DNA from: a virus | Reading direction: 5' to 3' (one strand) | DNA length: 42,456 bases | Virus genome (UHGV): UHGV-0171500 | In this document: in pieces, positions 38,643 through 42,456 of the stretch | How positions within the stretch are numbered: position 1 is the first letter of the stretch | Layout: each line of letters begins with the position of its first letter | Made by a program: the position numbers and the translations under genes | The notes under the pieces: generated by a model | Databases searched by the model: none | What the model was told of the DNA's origin: nothing | What the model saw: only the letters and a program-made list of their open reading frames with translations

Positions 38643-38900
38643 ATGAGCGTTAAAAAAGCTAGAAAGAAACCTGTAGAAATTGAGTTTATACAATTTACAG
38701 ACAAAGATAGTGTTATGGATATATTGTTTTGGGCGAAGTCTAAAGTTAAATACAAAACTACTAAAAATTATATCATTATAAATACTTTAGAGGGAGAAAT
38801 GACAGCTAATGTTGGCGACTATATTGTCAGAGGCGTAAACGGAGAATTTTATCCGGTTAAACCTGAGATTTTTGAAAAAACATATGAGGTGCTTGAGTAG
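38643..38900 (+). CDS. Hypothetical protein
   Basis: ORF. Confidence 0.3.
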   Translation: MSVKKARKKPVEIEFIQFTDKDSVMDILFWAKSKVKYKTTKNYIIINTLEGEMTANVGDYIVRGVNGEFYPVKPEIFEKTYEVLE

Positions 38901-39061
38901 TGACACAATACCTAATCACAACATTCACAGATTCAACAGGTATACAACACAAACATGTAGCGAAGCTTAAGGATAATCAGACGGCAACTGTGGTTAATGC
39001 AGAGAGTAAAGAAGAGGCTAAAGAAAAAGCAAAGGAGACGCATAATGGCCAAAAGACTTAA
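38900..39061 (+). CDS. Hypothetical small protein (GTG start)
   Basis: 53 aa ORF overlapping previous stop. Confidence 0.2.
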   Translation: MTQYLITTFTDSTGIQHKHVAKLKDNQTATVVNAESKEEAKEKAKETHNGQKT

Positions 39062-39503
39062 AAACGATATTTATAAAGCTTTAGGACAATACATTATTAA
39101 TAACGATTCTAGGTTACTGAATGAAGAACAGCTAAAAGTAGCTAAAGAATATGAACCTATATTAACAAAAATGTACAACAAAGTATTAAAAGAAAAAAAG
39201 AGACGTAGAATTAAAAATTTCATTAAACAGATACCTGAATATATTTTGTCTTTCATTTATGCATTAATGTATTGGATTACAATACCTTTTGATTACATTG
39301 GCGATAAAGCAGATGATTTGAGAGTGTCTTATGGTAACAACCATGGTTATGCTCGTTTTTCAAAGGTGCAAAAAGAATTAAACGAGTATGCTTATAACGA
39401 AGTTTTACCACGTTTAGAAGAAAAAGAAACTGATGATATGACAGAAGCTCAACAACGATTTTTAATAGACGAAGGTATTGTAAGAGAACCAATAAAAAAA
39501 TAA
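39045..39503 (+). CDS. Hypothetical protein with internal TM segment
   Basis: RBS AAGGAGA; YILSFIYALMYWITIPF. Confidence 0.35.
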   Translation: MAKRLKNDIYKALGQYIINNDSRLLNEEQLKVAKEYEPILTKMYNKVLKEKKRRRIKNFIKQIPEYILSFIYALMYWITIPFDYIGDKADDLRVSYGNNHGYARFSKVQKELNEYAYNEVLPRLEEKETDDMTEAQQRFLIDEGIVREPIKK

Positions 39504-39691
39504 GGAGTGAATAAGTTGATTAAACGTATATTAAATTAAAAATTTGGTTCACTATAGCAATGTACGAGTTAGGAAAATGGATTGGTATAGAGTTGTATTA
39601 CAAGTTAACTGCAAACGATGAGGTGGAAGTGCCTAAGGACTTCGACGAATACGACCACACTCATTTGAATGGCATATACGGAGGTTATTAA

Positions 39692-39832
39692 TATGTGGGG
39701 CGTAATAGCAATCATTATATTGGTGTTACTTTTGTTTGGCTCATTGCTTGAACAGAATGATCTAAAACATCAGTTAGAAGTGAAAGAGTATGAAGTTAAA
39801 AGACTTAAAGATAAGTTGGAGAATGGAGGGTA
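39692..39832 (+). CDS. Small membrane protein (46 aa)
   Basis: RBS ACGGAGG; MWGVIAIIILVLLLFGSLL TM helix. Confidence 0.3.
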
Positions 39833-39835
39833 AGT

Positions 39836-40252
39836 ATGATAACGATTGAACGACACGATATAAAGAAACTGGAAGATTATATCAAGAACATAGAACGCTA
39901 CAGACGAGAGTTAAAAGTAAGAGAGTATGAATTGTTAGAAAACCACGAACCCGAGAATGTAGGTGCAGGTAAGAGTAACATACCAGGTAATCCTATTGAG
40001 AGAGAATCAATTAAGAAGTTAAGCGACAATCGTTATAACAACTTACGTAATATTGTAAAAGGCGTAGATAAACTTATTTATGAATCAGATGAAGATACAC
40101 AAGACTTAATGCGTTTGAGATATTGGGAGTGTCCGATAGGTTGTAGTGAGTGGGAGGATATAGCTGACTACTTCGGAACAAGTAAGACGAGTATATTAAG
40201 ACGACGTGACGCGATGATAAATAGATTGGCAGAATTCATAGGTTATGTGTAA
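39836..40252 (+). CDS. RinA/ArpU-family late-gene transcriptional activator
   Basis: 138 aa, C-terminal sigma-region-4-like HTH (TSKTSILRRRDAMINRLAEFIG); located immediately upstream of terS as rinA in phi11/80alpha. Confidence 0.55.
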   Translation: MITIERHDIKKLEDYIKNIERYRRELKVREYELLENHEPENVGAGKSNIPGNPIERESIKKLSDNRYNNLRNIVKGVDKLIYESDEDTQDLMRLRYWECPIGCSEWEDIADYFGTSKTSILRRRDAMINRLAEFIGYV

Positions 40253-40707
40253 GGTGGACTTTTGAAGTGTGTAAGTCCGTTTATAATCGGTGTATTATGA
40301 TATTGTAAGAATTACCTCACAAGACATAGTATTTATCCTTTCGCACTATGGTGGGGTATTCAATATCGAAGTGATTGGATAAGTGTTTATCGTCCTTGAT
40401 TAGACGTTGCACATCCGATTGCTTAACTATCCGTCAGAGTGGCGGGTAGTTTTATTGAATCTTACAACACGGCTTCCGATACGATGATATGAATACTTGA
40501 CATGTAATTTTTCTCCTCCCTTAATTAGTTATCCGTGAGAACACACGGGTAACTAATTTTTATGTATTGATGTGACATAGAGGTGTGACATGAGTACATA
40601 AACTCAAATAAATAACAAAACATAATCATTAGGCACTGTTTACGCAGTGTCTTTTTTTTATACGTCAAACAAAGGTGTTTAACCGTGAGAGTAGGTGGTA
40701 ATATACG
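40253..40707 (+). promoter_or_regulatory. Long ORF-free leader upstream of terS with stem-loops and terminator-like structures (candidate late promoter / pac-proximal regulatory region)
   Basis: 16 bp hairpin TTAATTAGTTATCCGTG...CACGGGTAACTAATT (40519..40559) followed by TTTTTAT; terminator GCACTG-tttacg-CAGTG-TCTTTTTTTT (40632..40660). Confidence 0.45.
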
Positions 40708-41142
40708 ATGACGAAACTGAACCTTAAACAACAAACATTTGTTGATGAGTACATTAAGACAGGTACTGCTTATCAATCGGCAATCAGGGCTGGTTATAGT
40801 GAGAAATATGCAAAATCAAGTAGTCATAAATTGTTGGAAAATGTGGGAATAAAAGCAGAAATAGACAAACGAATGGAAAAACTGAAAAAAGATGCAATTG
40901 CAGACCAAGACGAAATACTTCAATATCTTACTTCTGTATTACGTGGAGAGGTAACAGACCAAGAGTTGATACCCATTCAGGTTGGCAGAGGTCAAATGGA
41001 TGTAGAAGAGCTAGAAAAAAGGTCAGATACTAACGCTAGAACTAAAGCTGCAGAATTATTAGGTAAACGATATATGATGTGGACAGACAAGCAACAAATC
41101 GAAACAACTGCGACGGTACAGTTCAATGACGATATCGATTAA
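40708..41142 (+). CDS. terS: Terminase small subunit (Terminase_2, pac-type)
   Basis: MTKLNLKQQTFVDEYIKTGTAYQSAIRAGYSEKYAKSSSHKLLENVGI matches phi11/80alpha TerS N-terminal HTH. Confidence 0.85.
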   Translation: MTKLNLKQQTFVDEYIKTGTAYQSAIRAGYSEKYAKSSSHKLLENVGIKAEIDKRMEKLKKDAIADQDEILQYLTSVLRGEVTDQELIPIQVGRGQMDVEELEKRSDTNARTKAAELLGKRYMMWTDKQQIETTATVQFNDDID

Positions 41143-42391
41143 TCTATCCGAACTGTTACCTAAACACTTTCATAGCTTGTGGAAAGCGACTAAAGATAGA
41201 GAGAAGCTTAACATAGTAGCTAAAGGTGGACGTGGTAGTGGTAAGTCCTCTGATATATCTATTATCATTACACAGTTAATCATGCGTTATCCTATGAATG
41301 CAGTTGTAGTACGTAAGACAGACAATACATTAGCTACATCAGTATTTGAGCAAATTAAGTGGGCGATAGAAGAACAAAAGGTGTCGCACCTGTTCAAAGT
41401 TAAAGTGTCGCCAATGGAAATCACGTATGTTCCTAGAGGGAATCGGATTATCTTTAGAGGGGCGCAGAACCCTGAGCGATTAAAGTCGTTAAAAGATAGT
41501 CGGTTCCCTTTTTCTATCATGTGGATAGAGGAGTTGGCAGAATTTAAGACAGAAGATGAAGTCACAACAATTACTAACTCTATGTTACGTGGAGAACTAG
41601 ACGACGGATTGTTCTACAAGTTTTTCTTTAGTTACAACCCACCTAAGAGAAAACAATCGTGGGTTAATAAAAAATATGAAACCTCATTCCAACCAGATAA
41701 CACATTCGTACATCATTCAACGTACTTAGATAATCCTTTTATCTCTAAGCAATTTATACAAGAGGCAGAGAGTGCGAAAGAACGTAACGAACAACGTTAT
41801 CGTTGGGAATATATGGGCGAAGCGATTGGTAGTGGCGTTGTGCCGTTTAACAATTTACAAATAGAGAAGATACCAGATGAGTTATACAATAACTTTGATA
41901 ATATTCGTAACGGTGCAGATTTTGGTTATGCTGCTGACCCTCTAGCGTTTACACGTTGGCACTATGATAAAAAGAAACGTATTTTGTACGCTATGGATGA
42001 AATATATGGGGTACAAATGAGTAACCGGGAATTTGCGAAAGAGTTGTGGAAACGTGGTTATCAATCCGATGAAATCTATTGTGACTCAGCTGAGCCGAAA
42101 AGTATTGACGAGTTGAAAAAAGAACACGGAATAAAACGTGTGAAAGGTGTAAAAAAAGGACCGGATAGTAGAGAATATGGCGAACAATGGTTATCTGATT
42201 TAGAAGCTATCATAATAGATCCGAAACGCACACCGAATATAGCTAGAGAATTTGAAAACATAGATTATCAAACTGATAAAGATGGGGATATTATTCCTAA
42301 ATTAGAAGATAAAGACGATCATAGCATAGACTCTTGTAGGTATGCCCTTTCTAGAGATATGAGGCAAAGCAAAATTAGTATATTAACGTAA
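41126..42391 (+). CDS. terL: Terminase large subunit (PBSX/Terminase_3 type)
   Basis: Walker A AKGGRGSGKS; 421 aa; overlaps terS. Confidence 0.9.
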   Translation: MTISINLSELLPKHFHSLWKATKDREKLNIVAKGGRGSGKSSDISIIITQLIMRYPMNAVVVRKTDNTLATSVFEQIKWAIEEQKVSHLFKVKVSPMEITYVPRGNRIIFRGAQNPERLKSLKDSRFPFSIMWIEELAEFKTEDEVTTITNSMLRGELDDGLFYKFFFSYNPPKRKQSWVNKKYETSFQPDNTFVHHSTYLDNPFISKQFIQEAESAKERNEQRYRWEYMGEAIGSGVVPFNNLQIEKIPDELYNNFDNIRNGADFGYAADPLAFTRWHYDKKKRILYAMDEIYGVQMSNREFAKELWKRGYQSDEIYCDSAEPKSIDELKKEHGIKRVKGVKKGPDSREYGEQWLSDLEAIIIDPKRTPNIAREFENIDYQTDKDGDIIPKLEDKDDHSIDSCRYALSRDMRQSKISILT

Positions 42392-42396
42392 ACGAG

Positions 42397-42456
42397 GTGA
42401 TTAGCATTAACTGGCCATGGGACAAACCATATCACGAACAAGTGGTAGAACAGATT
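42397..42456 (+). CDS. N-terminal end of portal gene, continuing at position 1 (wrap-around)
   Basis: RBS GAGGTGA at 42394..42400; frame is continuous with 1..1377 if the sequence is circular; start codon ambiguous (GTG 42397 inside the SD, or ATT 42406). Confidence 0.45.
   Translation, partial: MISINWPWDKPYHEQVVEQI

Noticed and set aside
40462-40503. 13-aa minus-strand ORF (MSSIHIIVSEAVL) preceded by GGGAGGAG
   Set aside because: Likely chance: the SD-like sequence is part of the plus-strand leader; too short and not in a plausible context
40525-40776. 83-aa minus-strand ORF overlapping terS start
   Set aside because: Runs through the terS RBS and start, no SD, Cys/Leu-rich junk composition
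1-42456. tRNA genes / CRISPR arrays / reverse transcriptase (retron/DGR)
   Set aside because: No cloverleaf-like conserved tRNA motifs, no spaced direct repeats and no RT-like ORF noticed by eye

Overview
The window is a complete, circularly permuted ~42.5 kb genome of a temperate, low-GC siphovirus. Gene content and order match the phi11/80alpha-like (pac-type) Staphylococcus phages; that host assignment is inference from content, not a database hit. The portal ORF runs off the window end (42397..42456) and continues in frame at position 1.

Gene order on the + strand:
- Head module: portal, SPP1-gp7-like minor head protein, scaffold, major capsid, head-tail connector and adaptor.
- Tail module: HK97-gp10-like gene, tail terminator, major tail protein, G/GT chaperones, tape measure, Dit, Tal with an SGNH esterase, a beta-helix fibre with a phi29-gp12-like autochaperone, and a second fibre protein.
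- Lysis module: XkdX- and XhlA-like proteins, a CHAP+glucosaminidase virion-associated lysin, holin, and an amidase_2-CHAP-2xSH3b endolysin.
- attP, followed on the - strand by a tyrosine integrase, a lipoprotein moron and a cI-like S24 repressor.
- Divergent to these: cro, antirepressor, and an early region of small ORFs.
- Replication and recombination: ERF SSAP, SSB, a DUF968 protein, a DnaD-like replisome organizer, DnaB helicase and a DUF1064 nuclease.
- Late-early genes: DUF3310, a free-standing HNH_3 endonuclease, dUTPase and a RinA-like late activator.
- Packaging: a long leader region, then TerS (Terminase_2) and a PBSX-type TerL.

Most notable observations:
1. Two group I introns interrupt late genes. 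A ~1.09 kb intron carrying an HNH-like homing-endonuclease ORF splits the gp10-like head-tail gene. A ~246 nt ORF-less intron with recognisable R/S core elements splits the CHAP domain of the tail lysin exactly between the catalytic Cys and the following Trp.
2. A classic T_TTT_TTC -1 frameshift site produces the G/GT chaperone fusion.
3. An in-frame TAA stop interrupts the DUF3310 domain.
4. A secreted lipoprotein lies between int and cI and is a candidate superinfection-exclusion determinant.
5. A strongly translated 20-aa aromatic peptide lies beside the lysis genes.
6. Two minus-strand moron-like genes sit inside the rightward early operon.
7. An unusually long (~455 nt) structured leader precedes terS.

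No CRISPR array, tRNA or toxin cargo was seen, and no defined defense system could be firmly identified.
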